Counted from the first letter of the stretch, positions 39,590 through 49,315 are shown. The stretch: DNA of 64,000 bases from Candidatus Kapaibacterium sp. (GCA_963664875.1 OY761611.1:2624001-2688000), one strand, 5' to 3'. The notes: a model not told the origin generated them from the letters alone. A program made the numbers and translations.

Positions 39590-39596
39590 ACCGTCT

Positions 39597-40622
39597 CTAT
39601 TCTTCAGCTTCATTTACAAGCGAGGCGATTTTGTCCAAATCACGTTTGCTTAGTTTATAGGTATTAGGCAGACAGTAATGATTATCGCAATGATTATAAG
39701 GGTCTGTAGTATCTTCTGTTTTCCAGCCGTTTTTAAGCGTAAAGCCGAGTATCCCTTTAGTGGTAAGATGTTTATGCAATTTATCAGGATTAGCACTGCG
39801 AATCGGGAAGCCTATAGTAGCCTGCGAGCAGTATGCTGAATTATCTGTAAGAAGAAGTCGGGTGGAAAGTTTGGATATCAGATAATTATTATTTGCGATT
39901 ACTGCATTGTTGATTGCTTTCAAATCAAGGGATTGCAAGTGCTCAAGAGCATTTTTACTGATACATATTTCTGAGCTTGCAAAATCCGGAGGCAAATTGG
40001 CAATATCTATTTGCTTGGCTTTTAATTTCAGCATTATTTTCAAAGCCGTTAGATTGCTGTGTTTAGCTATCAAGGAGTTATAAACTTTGCTCCTTTCAGC
40101 AAATCGGTGCTCTATTTCAGATGGAGTCTCAGGATAGGCGAGAGCGTGTTTTGGACTGTCCGAAAAAATCATTCCTCCTACGGGGCAATCTGTCAGTTTG
40201 TATAAAGAATAGAGTTCTGCATCAAAACGAGAATAATATGGCTTCAAGGGTAGCGATAAAGCTCTGTCGTCTAAGACTGCAGCGAAATTGATTCGGTTAG
40301 CTTCTAAAAATGTAACATTATCAGCTATATAGAGACCAAAAGGATGAATATAGTGAAAAAGGTGTTGCTTGTAATTTCCGAGCTTCTCTCTCAGTTGTAT
40401 ATTGTAATTTTCGTCAAAATCATAATAGTCTATTTTTATTCCATGCAATTTGTATGGCTGCCAAGCACCAAATGCACAAAAAGAAGGGAGCAACACACTT
40501 TTATATTCTTTAGATTTTAAATATTGATAAAGTGCCTGCCTTGCAGTAACAAAAATATTTGAATTGTAGGCATTGTCTGCCTTTGAAAACTCGGGAATAT
40601 TATCTGGGAAGTGCGTAATCAT
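39597..40622 (-). CDS. Divergent DegT/DnrJ/EryC1/StrS-like PLP-fold protein
   Basis: TARQALY, VLLPSFC, YIHPFG, LDDRALS, YSLYK...GGMI, C-terminal YCLP. Start MITHFP at 40622, just after the cruF stop. Confidence 0.6.
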   Translation of the reverse strand: MITHFPDNIPEFSKADNAYNSNIFVTARQALYQYLKSKEYKSVLLPSFCAFGAWQPYKLHGIKIDYYDFDENYNIQLREKLGNYKQHLFHYIHPFGLYIADNVTFLEANRINFAAVLDDRALSLPLKPYYSRFDAELYSLYKLTDCPVGGMIFSDSPKHALAYPETPSEIEHRFAERSKVYNSLIAKHSNLTALKIMLKLKAKQIDIANLPPDFASSEICISKNALEHLQSLDLKAINNAVIANNNYLISKLSTRLLLTDNSAYCSQATIGFPIRSANPDKLHKHLTTKGILGFTLKNGWKTEDTTDPYNHCDNHYCLPNTYKLSKRDLDKIASLVNEAEE

Positions 40623-40630
40623 ATATAGTC

Positions 40631-41284
40631 TTAAAGAAGTGAAATTACAAGAAAATACAGGAACATCGCCCAATAAAAATAACTTGCCATTTGTGGAATT
40701 TTTTCTTCGAAAATATCAAAGTATTCTCCAAAGGCAGTAAAGACAAATGAAACAATAAACCATGTTAAATAGTTGCTCATAGGTACCGGTAAATTGTACC
40801 AATCCCAGTATTGCATCGCTACCGCAGCAGGTTCCATCACGACATCAAATACTGTCATAAAAACTGCTGTGAGTATGGTGATAATAATCTTGCTCTTGCC
40901 TTTATAAATATCCGAAGATACAGCACGTGACGAGAGCAATGCGACTATCCAGGCAAAGCCAATCGCTAAAGGTACTCCGTCTATAGCCGGCAGAAGTGTG
41001 CCCGGGTACTGATACTGACCAAACACAAAACCTGTATGCACACCAATGAATTCCAAAAGCCAACTTAAAACACCAATGCTAAAGGTAAATATGTAGAATT
41101 CGAAATATGAGTTGTCTTCTTTGCGTTTGAAGTGGAACTCATAAATAATCCAAATACCTAAAGCAATTATAACAGGACCGCTAAGGATATTCATGATGTA
41201 TTGATATTTATCCAGAATTTCCCAAAGTGCTCCCAAAGCAAGGAACCCAAAAAGGGCTGTATTTTTTAATATTATCTTATTCAT
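40631..41284 (-). CDS. cruF: Carotenoid 1',2'-hydratase CruF-like (DUF422) membrane protein
   Basis: EFIGVHTGFVFGQYQY, GVPLAIGFAW, FDVVMEPAAV..YWDW, VPMSNYLTW; located in the crt operon. Confidence 0.85.
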   Translation of the reverse strand: MNKIILKNTALFGFLALGALWEILDKYQYIMNILSGPVIIALGIWIIYEFHFKRKEDNSYFEFYIFTFSIGVLSWLLEFIGVHTGFVFGQYQYPGTLLPAIDGVPLAIGFAWIVALLSSRAVSSDIYKGKSKIIITILTAVFMTVFDVVMEPAAVAMQYWDWYNLPVPMSNYLTWFIVSFVFTAFGEYFDIFEEKIPQMASYFYWAMFLYFLVISLL

Positions 41285-42428
41285 AAGTATCTGAGACTTC
41301 CTTATCTTTCACAGTCATTTTTCTCCCTTTCCAGCTAACACTTCCGTATTTATATCTGAGAAGTGCATTGATGCTTAGTATATTGATTATCAAAATCAAA
41401 AAAGGATGCAAAAAAACTGCAATTCCAATATTGTGCTTAAAGAATATTGCTAAAAGCAAACGCCACAAAATCAATATAGTAAATATTGATAAGATTACAA
41501 AAAAAGTATTAGTAAATAATATCAAGAAATAAGGCATTATAATAAATACAAATAGAATTAAATTTATCAGTATGAATAGAGGTATATTGTAATCTGTAAT
41601 CCCAAAAATATTCTTCGATAGTCCATGCCAGATTTCCGAAAAAGAGTGATACATTCTGCCATAAACTACAGAAGTACCTGCGAGGGTAAGCGTCTTCATG
41701 TTTTTTCTTTTTGCCTCTCTAAAGAGGGAAATATCTTCTACTATTCTGCCTTTCACGGCAGTATGACCGCCGAGAGCATTATATGACTTTTTCTTGCAGA
41801 CAATCCATTGGCCGTTAGCAGCTGCAAAAATATTCCACTTAATAAAATATTGAGACCATAAAATAAAAAACGAGTATATAACTATATCTATAAATGGTAT
41901 AATAAGTTTTTCGGGAAAAGATTTTGTTATTTGCTGTGGAAATGCACTCAAATAATCCAAATTGAATTTTTCAATATATTTTATAGAATTGCTGACTGCA
42001 TTCTGAGCGTAAGAGTTGTCAGCATCTGTAAAAAGGTATATTTCACCCTTTGCCTCTGCTACCAGCTGCCTTAGTGCATTGTTCTTGCCAGTCCATCCGG
42101 GAAGCAGACTGCCTCCCTTAATTGCTTTGATATTTGGGTGTTTTGCTGCGTAATCAGAAATTATATTCCAAGTGCTGTCTTCTGAGTTGTCATCTAAAAC
42201 CAATATCTCGAAATTTTGATAATCCTGCATGAGCAAAGAATCGAGACAATTAGCAATGTTTTGCTCCTCATTTCTCGCCGGAATCATAATTGAGACAAGA
42301 GGAAAATCTATCAAGGAATGATTGATTTTTCTTAAAAAAGGTCCAAAAGTAATATTTATAATAGATGTGAGCAGAAAAATTACATGGAAAAAAGCAGCTA
42401 TTCCTAATATGATATATACTATTTCCAA
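41277..42428 (-). CDS. GT2 glycosyltransferase, carotenoid glycosyltransferase (CruC/CrtQ-like)
   Basis: IPARNEE, DDNSEDST, GWTGKNNA, FTDAD, ANGQ, IVED, VSWKGR; crt context. Confidence 0.85.
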   Translation of the reverse strand: MEIVYIILGIAAFFHVIFLLTSIINITFGPFLRKINHSLIDFPLVSIMIPARNEEQNIANCLDSLLMQDYQNFEILVLDDNSEDSTWNIISDYAAKHPNIKAIKGGSLLPGWTGKNNALRQLVAEAKGEIYLFTDADNSYAQNAVSNSIKYIEKFNLDYLSAFPQQITKSFPEKLIIPFIDIVIYSFFILWSQYFIKWNIFAAANGQWIVCKKKSYNALGGHTAVKGRIVEDISLFREAKRKNMKTLTLAGTSVVYGRMYHSFSEIWHGLSKNIFGITDYNIPLFILINLILFVFIIMPYFLILFTNTFFVILSIFTILILWRLLLAIFFKHNIGIAVFLHPFLILIINILSINALLRYKYGSVSWKGRKMTVKDKEVSDTYE

Positions 42429-42439
42429 AATATGTGCAC

Positions 42440-43102
42440 CTATTGTTTTTTCAAAATAATTTCCTGACCGTAGTTTTCTTCTATAATGGATTTGTCTATA
42501 GTTTGGAGCAATATAGTAAGATGCTCTTCAGCTTTTGCTGTATGATATAGCTTTTTTTCTATGTTATCGAAAGCAAAAAATACGCTCGGCTTTCTTTCCT
42601 TTAGAAATTCTATTCGCATACCGACTAAAACAATGTCAATCTCATTCTTAATGTCTCTAATCAGATAATCAGTTCCTCTTGCAAGATTGAGTGGGCGATT
42701 GTAGTGGGGGGTTAAAATCCCCTGAGGAAATATATTTACTAAGTTATTGGGTGCTTGAATAAGCTGTGAAGCATATTCCAAAGATGTAATGATATCTTTT
42801 GTATTATTTTGTCTGACAGAAAAAGCTCCGAGTTTTGTAAAGAAAGGATAATTTTTGAGCTGTTCTTCAAGCATCATGACATGATATATTTTCTTCCAAA
42901 ACAGTCTATTTAAAGCATATATAAAAAAACCATCCCACCAAGTAGCATGATTAGGCAGCACCAACATAGGTGTTCCTGGTGACGAATGCGGAATATCTCC
43001 GATAACATGGAAGGAATGAAAGCTCTTTTTCAAAATATGATCAAGATAAGCCGCAAATACAAAATGTGCGTAATCTTTATGGTTAGCTTTTATCAGAGCC
43101 AT
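42440..43102 (-). CDS. PlsC-like acyltransferase, probable carotenoid glycoside acyltransferase (CruD-like)
   Basis: NHATWWD (HxxxxD), FFTKLGAFSV, IFPQG; adjacent to the GT2 and crtB. Confidence 0.8.
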   Translation of the reverse strand: MALIKANHKDYAHFVFAAYLDHILKKSFHSFHVIGDIPHSSPGTPMLVLPNHATWWDGFFIYALNRLFWKKIYHVMMLEEQLKNYPFFTKLGAFSVRQNNTKDIITSLEYASQLIQAPNNLVNIFPQGILTPHYNRPLNLARGTDYLIRDIKNEIDIVLVGMRIEFLKERKPSVFFAFDNIEKKLYHTAKAEEHLTILLQTIDKSIIEENYGQEIILKKQ

Positions 43103-43992
43103 AGATTCAGACTGATATTGTTTTTAAGAAGTTCCTGCATTAAAATCAACATTTTCTCTTTTTTGCTGAGAAATACTCTACCTTTGAAAGGGTTATAGTC
43201 TTGCTCTTCCAATTTGTCTAATATAGCAGCGTAAATTTTTCCGGCTGTTGCTATAGCAAATTTTGAGTTTTTATGCAACATTTCAATCCCCGGTAGAGAA
43301 TCCTGATAGTATTGTTTTGATCTTTCTGCTTGAAATGCCATCAAAGCTTTAAACTTGTCGTCGAAATTTTCTGCAAAAACATCATCTTCAGATATTCCAA
43401 ATCTTTTCAAGTCTTCTAATGGGATATAAATTCTCCCCATTTCTTTGTCTTCTTTGACATCTCTTAAAATGTTAGTCAGCTGCATACCGATGCCCATTTT
43501 CTCTGCATAGCCAAGAGCTCTTTTGTCGTCGAACCCAAGCACATAGCTCATCATTAGCCCAACTACTGATGCCACTCTGTAACAAAAAACATAAAGTTCG
43601 TCGAATGTGTCGTACCTGTCTATGGTCAAATCCATAAGCATACCTTTTAACAAATCCAAAGGGTATTCAATTGGTATCTTATAGGTCATTGCAGTATGAA
43701 TAAATGCAGCAAGTGCAGGGTGTTCCGATTCTCCGCTTTGGTAAGCGAGCTCAATCTCTTTACCAATATCTTCAATTTCTTTGCGTATAGTGTCGGTGTC
43801 TCTTTGGCGAGGTTTGTCCACTATATTATCTACATATCTGCAAAAACAATATACAGCATAAGTTCCTAAACGCTTGTCTTTTGGCAAAAATGATGAAGCA
43901 AAATAAAAGCTCTTCGCATAATGTTTGATTATGTGTTCGGCGAACTTATAGTAAGGTAGCATATCTTTTTCAATATGTAGAATTTGACCCAT
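43093..43992 (-). CDS. crtB: Phytoene synthase
   Basis: AKSFYFAS, YCFCRYVDNIVD, YRVASVVG, GIGMQLTNILRDVKED..MGRIYIP. Confidence 0.93.
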   Translation of the reverse strand: MGQILHIEKDMLPYYKFAEHIIKHYAKSFYFASSFLPKDKRLGTYAVYCFCRYVDNIVDKPRQRDTDTIRKEIEDIGKEIELAYQSGESEHPALAAFIHTAMTYKIPIEYPLDLLKGMLMDLTIDRYDTFDELYVFCYRVASVVGLMMSYVLGFDDKRALGYAEKMGIGMQLTNILRDVKEDKEMGRIYIPLEDLKRFGISEDDVFAENFDDKFKALMAFQAERSKQYYQDSLPGIEMLHKNSKFAIATAGKIYAAILDKLEEQDYNPFKGRVFLSKKEKMLILMQELLKNNISLNLWL

Positions 43993-44967
43993 CTATTCTC
44001 CTCGGTTTATTATATACTCGGCTAAACTTCGCAACACTTCTTTTGCATAAGAAGAAGGGAATTCGTCCAATACCATAAGAGATCTGCAGATGTAGTTATT
44101 CGCTTTATCAAGAGCATACTCTATGCCGCCTCTGCGTTTGACAATTTCACTTATTTCAGGAATAAGCTCCTCATTAATCTCTGTTGAAGTTAAGAATGTT
44201 TTTATAAATGCTTTTTCTGATTTGCTGACTTTTGTAAGAGCATAAATAAGAGGTAGCGTCAATTTTTTTTCTTTGAGGTCATTATTTGGCGTTTTGCCTG
44301 TGTTAAGGTCCAAAGAGTAGTCAAATAAATCATCTTGTATTTGGAAAGCGATTCCTATACCTATACCAAATTCTCTCAATTTTTTCCTTTCTTCATATGG
44401 CCTGTCCGCACTTATTGCTCCGAGTTCGCAGGAATTGGCAATAAGCTCAGCAGTTTTTCTTAGAATAATACGGAAGTAAGTCTCTTCGGTAATTTCGATA
44501 TTTCCAATATTATTAAGCTGGATTATTTCGCCTTCGCTCATGATTTTTAGAGTATGATTGAGCACTCTGAAATATTCTTTTTCACCATAGTTAATTGCTG
44601 CTTCAAAAATCGCTGCGATTAGGTAATCTCCAAACAAAATAGCTCTGTCTTTGCCAAAAATTGCATTAAAAGATGGCTTGCCTCTTCTTATTTCCGAGCG
44701 ATCAATTACATCATCATGAATAAGAGAAGCATTGTGAAGCATTTCAATCAATGCACCTGCTCTATATGTTCTCAGAGAAGATTTCCCGGCTAACTCAGCA
44801 GAAAGGACTGTAAGAGCTGGTCTTATTAGCTTTCCTTTTTTTGAGGTAAGGTAATCTGTATATTCGTTTGGTAGGTCAGACATCTCGTTGAGCATTTCAT
44901 CGTAAACGACTTTAAATTCGCCCAACTTTGTTCTTACCGGAGAAAGTATTTCTACCACTTGGCTCAT
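43993..44967 (-). CDS. trans-Polyprenyl diphosphate synthase (IspB-like sequence, in the CrtE position)
   Basis: GKLIRP, HNASLIHDDVID..RRG, KTA, FQIQDDLFD, DLKEKKLTLP. Confidence 0.9.
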   Translation of the reverse strand: MSQVVEILSPVRTKLGEFKVVYDEMLNEMSDLPNEYTDYLTSKKGKLIRPALTVLSAELAGKSSLRTYRAGALIEMLHNASLIHDDVIDRSEIRRGKPSFNAIFGKDRAILFGDYLIAAIFEAAINYGEKEYFRVLNHTLKIMSEGEIIQLNNIGNIEITEETYFRIILRKTAELIANSCELGAISADRPYEERKKLREFGIGIGIAFQIQDDLFDYSLDLNTGKTPNNDLKEKKLTLPLIYALTKVSKSEKAFIKTFLTSTEINEELIPEISEIVKRRGGIEYALDKANNYICRSLMVLDEFPSSYAKEVLRSLAEYIINRGE

Positions 44968-44978
44968 ACTTTTAGTCC

Positions 44979-46454
44979 TTATTTTTTGTATTCGTTTATC
45001 AATTTAAATGTTGCTGCACTCGAAAGCATTACCCCGGGCAAACCTGCTCCCGGGTGAGTGCCGGCACCTACTAAAAACAGATTTTCAAAATCTTCGCTTT
45101 GGTTGTGAGCTCTGAAATACGCTGATTGCTGCAAAACAGGTTCCATACCCCATGGAGTTCCCAAATAGGAATTTCTCACATTTTTGAAGTCCAGCGGATT
45201 GAAAGTTTTTTTGACCTCTATATTAGCTGCCAAGTCTTTCATCCCAAAGTTGTGTTCTAAAAAGTTAATTACCTTTTCTGTAAATTCAGCATCAAAGGTT
45301 TTCCAATCCACATTTGCTTTCAAGTTCGAGACCGGAATCAAAACATAAATACTTTCTGAGCCTTCGGGTGCCATAGAGCTGTCAGTTGCCGAAGGTACGT
45401 GCAAATACATTGAAAAATCTTCCGGTATGATATGCTTTTCAAAGATATCATATACCAATTCTTTGTATCTGTGCGAAAGAATCAGAGTATGATGCTTTAG
45501 TTCAGGATACTTTTTCTTAACTCCTAAATAAAGAACGTATGAACTCATAGCATATTTAGCTTTTTCCAATTTTTCCGTATTCCACTTAATTTCCTCTCGC
45601 GGAACTAAGTCTTTATATGTGTGAGTAACATCTGCATTGGAGATTACAATATCAGCTGCATAAAATTTATCTTTCGCAACAACACCGGTCGCACGTCTGC
45701 CTTTCAATTCAATTTTAGAAACCGGAGTGGAAGTATGTATCTTGCCGCCATGCTTTTCTATAATTCTGCCAAAAGCTTTTACAAGTGAGTACATACCACC
45801 TGTTGTGAACCATACACCGCTCTTTTTTTCTAAATAAGAGATCATCAGATAAATACTCGGCACTTTAAACGGATTTCCCCCGATAAAAAGTGGGTGAAAG
45901 GAGAACATAAATCTATGGCGGAAATTTTCAAAATATCTACTTGCCTGATAGTAAGCAGGAAGAAAAGCATTGGTCTTAAGAGCCTGAGGAACAAATTCTA
46001 ACATAGTAAAAAGCTTATTAAAAGGAGTACTTCCCAGCCCTTGCGTGATTACTGCTTCATAGACTTTAGAAGAAAAATCTATAAACTTATCGTAGTTGTC
46101 CGCATCTTTCTGACTATAGCGAGCCATTTGACTTTTCATGCTGTCAGAATCATCGCTGTAATCAATAAAAGATTTATCGTGGAAGTATATTCTGTAAAAA
46201 GGATCAAGTTTAATAAAATCAAGGTATTCATCAGCATTTTCGTGCAGCAAAGCGAATATATCTCTTATCATCTCCGGCATCGTAATTAGCGACGGTCCCA
46301 TATCAAAAGTATATCCTTTTTCCTGAAACTGCGAAGCATGACCACCAATAGCAGCATTTTTTTCAAATATTTCAACATCCCACCCGGAAGCAAGCAGTCT
46401 GACAGCCAAAGCTAAAGAGCCAAAACCCGAACCAATAATAGCAGCCTTTTTCAA
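44979..46454 (-). CDS. crtI: Phytoene desaturase
   Basis: GSGFGSL, FDMGPSLITMP, LFIGGNPF, DFSMYLH, LVGAGTHPGAGLPGV. TTG start. Confidence 0.92.
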   Translation of the reverse strand: MKKAAIIGSGFGSLALAVRLLASGWDVEIFEKNAAIGGHASQFQEKGYTFDMGPSLITMPEMIRDIFALLHENADEYLDFIKLDPFYRIYFHDKSFIDYSDDSDSMKSQMARYSQKDADNYDKFIDFSSKVYEAVITQGLGSTPFNKLFTMLEFVPQALKTNAFLPAYYQASRYFENFRHRFMFSFHPLFIGGNPFKVPSIYLMISYLEKKSGVWFTTGGMYSLVKAFGRIIEKHGGKIHTSTPVSKIELKGRRATGVVAKDKFYAADIVISNADVTHTYKDLVPREEIKWNTEKLEKAKYAMSSYVLYLGVKKKYPELKHHTLILSHRYKELVYDIFEKHIIPEDFSMYLHVPSATDSSMAPEGSESIYVLIPVSNLKANVDWKTFDAEFTEKVINFLEHNFGMKDLAANIEVKKTFNPLDFKNVRNSYLGTPWGMEPVLQQSAYFRAHNQSEDFENLFLVGAGTHPGAGLPGVMLSSAATFKLINEYKK

Positions 46455-46713
46455 TAGATTAGTTCCTTGTATCTACATATCTTTATTTACTTGTTAAAGT
46501 ATTTGGGATATTTTTATTTTATGTAGATTATATAATAAAAACAATGTAATATGTTTAAATTTATACTTTATAGAGTGCATTTAGCCATAACAAATTTTGA
46601 CGAAAAACCGAAAAGGGTAAGAGGCTTTCTGTCTGTAAAAAATCGGTACATCCAAATATTTATGTAATTTCGTATATTGTTCTTTTTTGAAAACAAACAG
46701 ATGGTAAATTGAA

Positions 46714-48618
46714 TTGAACAGCAAAGACAAAGACCAACACAAGCTGCCTGAAGGATTTTTTAAAAAGATAAACGAGTTTGCAAAGCCTTTTTATGGGCTG
46801 ATGTTTATATCTTTAGCTTTGAATATTATCTTCTCTATATTTAGCGCCTTTTCAATAGCAGTAATCAAACCACTTATTAATATTTTGAATCCTGATGATG
46901 CAGAAAAGAGTGCCACATCAGTAGCAAAAGCAGTCAGCGACCCCGGATTTTTTGAGGGTATTAAGATATGGTTGGAAAGCCTAAAGGATACTTTTAATGA
47001 TTTTATTATCCATATAGTCCAAAATCCGGATAGCATGGAAGCTACTTTTTTCAATATGAGTATTTTAATTATTCTGATTTTTGTTACTAAGAATATCTTT
47101 AAATACTTTGGCTCTATAGCAGCCATGAAACTGGAAGAAGGCTTTATTAAACATGTGCGGGATATTGTTTTTTCTCACTTGATTCATCTTTCTGTTGATT
47201 TCTTTGGTCAGAGAAAAGAAGGCGAACTTATAACCATAGTTACCAATGATATTTCTATACTTAATACTACCACAGTATCTTCCATAAATATTCTTATCAG
47301 AGAGTTCACCCAAATACTTTTCTTTCTTGCCTTGCTCTTTGCTACTTCGGTGAAGCTGACTCTGATAGCTTTTTCCACAAGTATAATCAGTATCCTTATT
47401 ATACGATTTGCTATGCAGTTTCTTAGAAGGTATGCTTCAAGGATGCAAAATGCTATCTCTGATTTTACTTCTACCTTGCAGGAATCTATTTCCGGCATCA
47501 GAGTGCTGAAAGCCTATGGAGCCGAAGCTAAAGCCTCCGCTGCTTTCGAAGAAAATACAGAAAAATTTCTGAAATCATCTATCAAGCACAAGAAAATTAT
47601 AACTATAATTCCTGCAATCAATGAGGTTTTCGCGATTGTAGCTCTTTGCGTTGTGCTTTTTGTTGGGGGAACAGCTATCAATGATGGTCAGTTATCTTTC
47701 GATGACCTATGGTTGTTTTTGGTCTCTCTCTTTAGCATCATGTCTCCTATTACTACTGTCATTGATACTATTTCCAAATTTCAGAGAGGTATAGTATCTG
47801 CCGGCAGAATATTCAAAGTGCTCGAAGCTCAATCCACTGTTATAAATGGTACAGAAAAAATCGAAAACTTCAGGGACAGTATTTCGATTCGTAATCTATC
47901 ATTTGCCTATGCTGATATTCCAATCCTAAAAGATGTATCGTTTGATATAGAAAAAGGGAAAAAAGTGGCTTTTGTTGGCCCAAGCGGTTCGGGTAAATCT
48001 ACCATGCTTGATTTGCTTATTCGATTTTATGATCCTGCTACCGGCACAATTTCTATTGATAACCAAGATATAAAAAACTTCGATACCGACAGTTATCGTT
48101 CTCTTTTTGGAATAGTCTCGCAGGAAACTATTTTGTTTAATGATACGATAGCCGGGAATATCAGATTCGGAAAACCTGAAGCTACTATAGATGAAGTTAC
48201 AGAAGCGGCAAAAAATGCAAATGCTTTCAATTATATTTCGGCTACTTCTGACGGATTTGGTACTAATGTGGGGGATAGAGGGACAAAATTATCGGGTGGA
48301 GAACGCCAGAGGCTTGCGATTGCCAGAGCTTTGGTGCGTAATCCGGAAATACTTGTTTTCGATGAGGCGACATCTGCATTGGATTCAGAATCCGAAAAAA
48401 TAGTTCAAGATGCCATAAATAAAAACCTCGAGGAAAGAACTGCTGTTTTGGTTGCTCATAGATTAGCCACCATAATAAACTGCGATTTGATTCTCGTTTT
48501 TGATAGAGGTAAAATTGTCGAGAGAGGCTCTCACGCCGAACTTTTGGCTATGGATGGAATTTATAAAAAACTATATGATATCCAATTTGCCGAGCAACAA
48601 CATCACAATAAAGGATAG
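46714..48618 (+). CDS. MsbA-like ABC exporter (permease plus ATPase)
   Basis: N-terminal TM domain, GPSGSGKST, LSGGERQR, DEATSALD, AHRL. Confidence 0.9.
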   Translation: MNSKDKDQHKLPEGFFKKINEFAKPFYGLMFISLALNIIFSIFSAFSIAVIKPLINILNPDDAEKSATSVAKAVSDPGFFEGIKIWLESLKDTFNDFIIHIVQNPDSMEATFFNMSILIILIFVTKNIFKYFGSIAAMKLEEGFIKHVRDIVFSHLIHLSVDFFGQRKEGELITIVTNDISILNTTTVSSINILIREFTQILFFLALLFATSVKLTLIAFSTSIISILIIRFAMQFLRRYASRMQNAISDFTSTLQESISGIRVLKAYGAEAKASAAFEENTEKFLKSSIKHKKIITIIPAINEVFAIVALCVVLFVGGTAINDGQLSFDDLWLFLVSLFSIMSPITTVIDTISKFQRGIVSAGRIFKVLEAQSTVINGTEKIENFRDSISIRNLSFAYADIPILKDVSFDIEKGKKVAFVGPSGSGKSTMLDLLIRFYDPATGTISIDNQDIKNFDTDSYRSLFGIVSQETILFNDTIAGNIRFGKPEATIDEVTEAAKNANAFNYISATSDGFGTNVGDRGTKLSGGERQRLAIARALVRNPEILVFDEATSALDSESEKIVQDAINKNLEERTAVLVAHRLATIINCDLILVFDRGKIVERGSHAELLAMDGIYKKLYDIQFAEQQHHNKG

Positions 48619-49002
48619 TAAAAGAAGATATTTTAACTTGATAAACTAAGAAGCATTGTTCAATTGCATATATTAAAAAAACTCTTTTGCTTGCAATGCT
48701 TCTTGCCTAATTAGGAACTCTACATAAACCTGCTGAATATAAAATATCGATTTGCAATTTCATCTATATACTTTCAAAAAAGTAACCATCCTAAATACAA
48801 ATAATCTAAAAAAATAAAATGTTATAATTTAATTTGCATATTGTTTGGTTTTTTTTTTACATTATATTCAAGCATTAATGATAATACGTATTGCAGAGAT
48901 GCTTATAATTTAAATATCGATATTTATGATTTTGTTTTGTAAAGCTATTTATCCAATAAGTAGCCCTATATCTATGTATCATAAATTCAAAAGGAAAAGA
49001 AT

Positions 49003-49305
49003 ATGCGAAGAATTACGGCATTGGTTATTGCCAGTTGTTTAATCGCTACCACCGCATTAGCTCTCGGAAAATTTACATTTTGTGCTCCTGAAGGATGCGT
49101 TTGGGTAGCAGATAATGGTTCGCTAACAGTAGATGGTTATGCATACAACTTGACAAATAATGGAGATGCAACATCTTTTTCGTTTACATGTGAAGGTGCA
49201 GGGACATGCTATAAAATCTCTGAAAATGGTAAAGTATTGGAAATCTGGGGAACTGCAATGAGGGGACCGGGATCGCAAGTATTTATCAATGCAGTATCTG
49301 AATAG
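49003..49305 (+). CDS. Small secreted protein with four mature-region Cys
   Basis: AGGA RBS, signal peptide MRRITALVIASCLIATTALA, mature CAPEGC and CEGAGTC. Confidence 0.8.
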   Translation: MRRITALVIASCLIATTALALGKFTFCAPEGCVWVADNGSLTVDGYAYNLTNNGDATSFSFTCEGAGTCYKISENGKVLEIWGTAMRGPGSQVFINAVSE

Positions 49306-49315
49306 TAATATATCA

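Noticed and set aside
46714-48618. ABC transporter as exporter of the carotenoid or of the downstream small protein
   Set aside because: It looks like an ordinary MsbA-type exporter with no C39 peptidase domain, and the small protein has a Sec-type signal; adjacency alone is not evidence.
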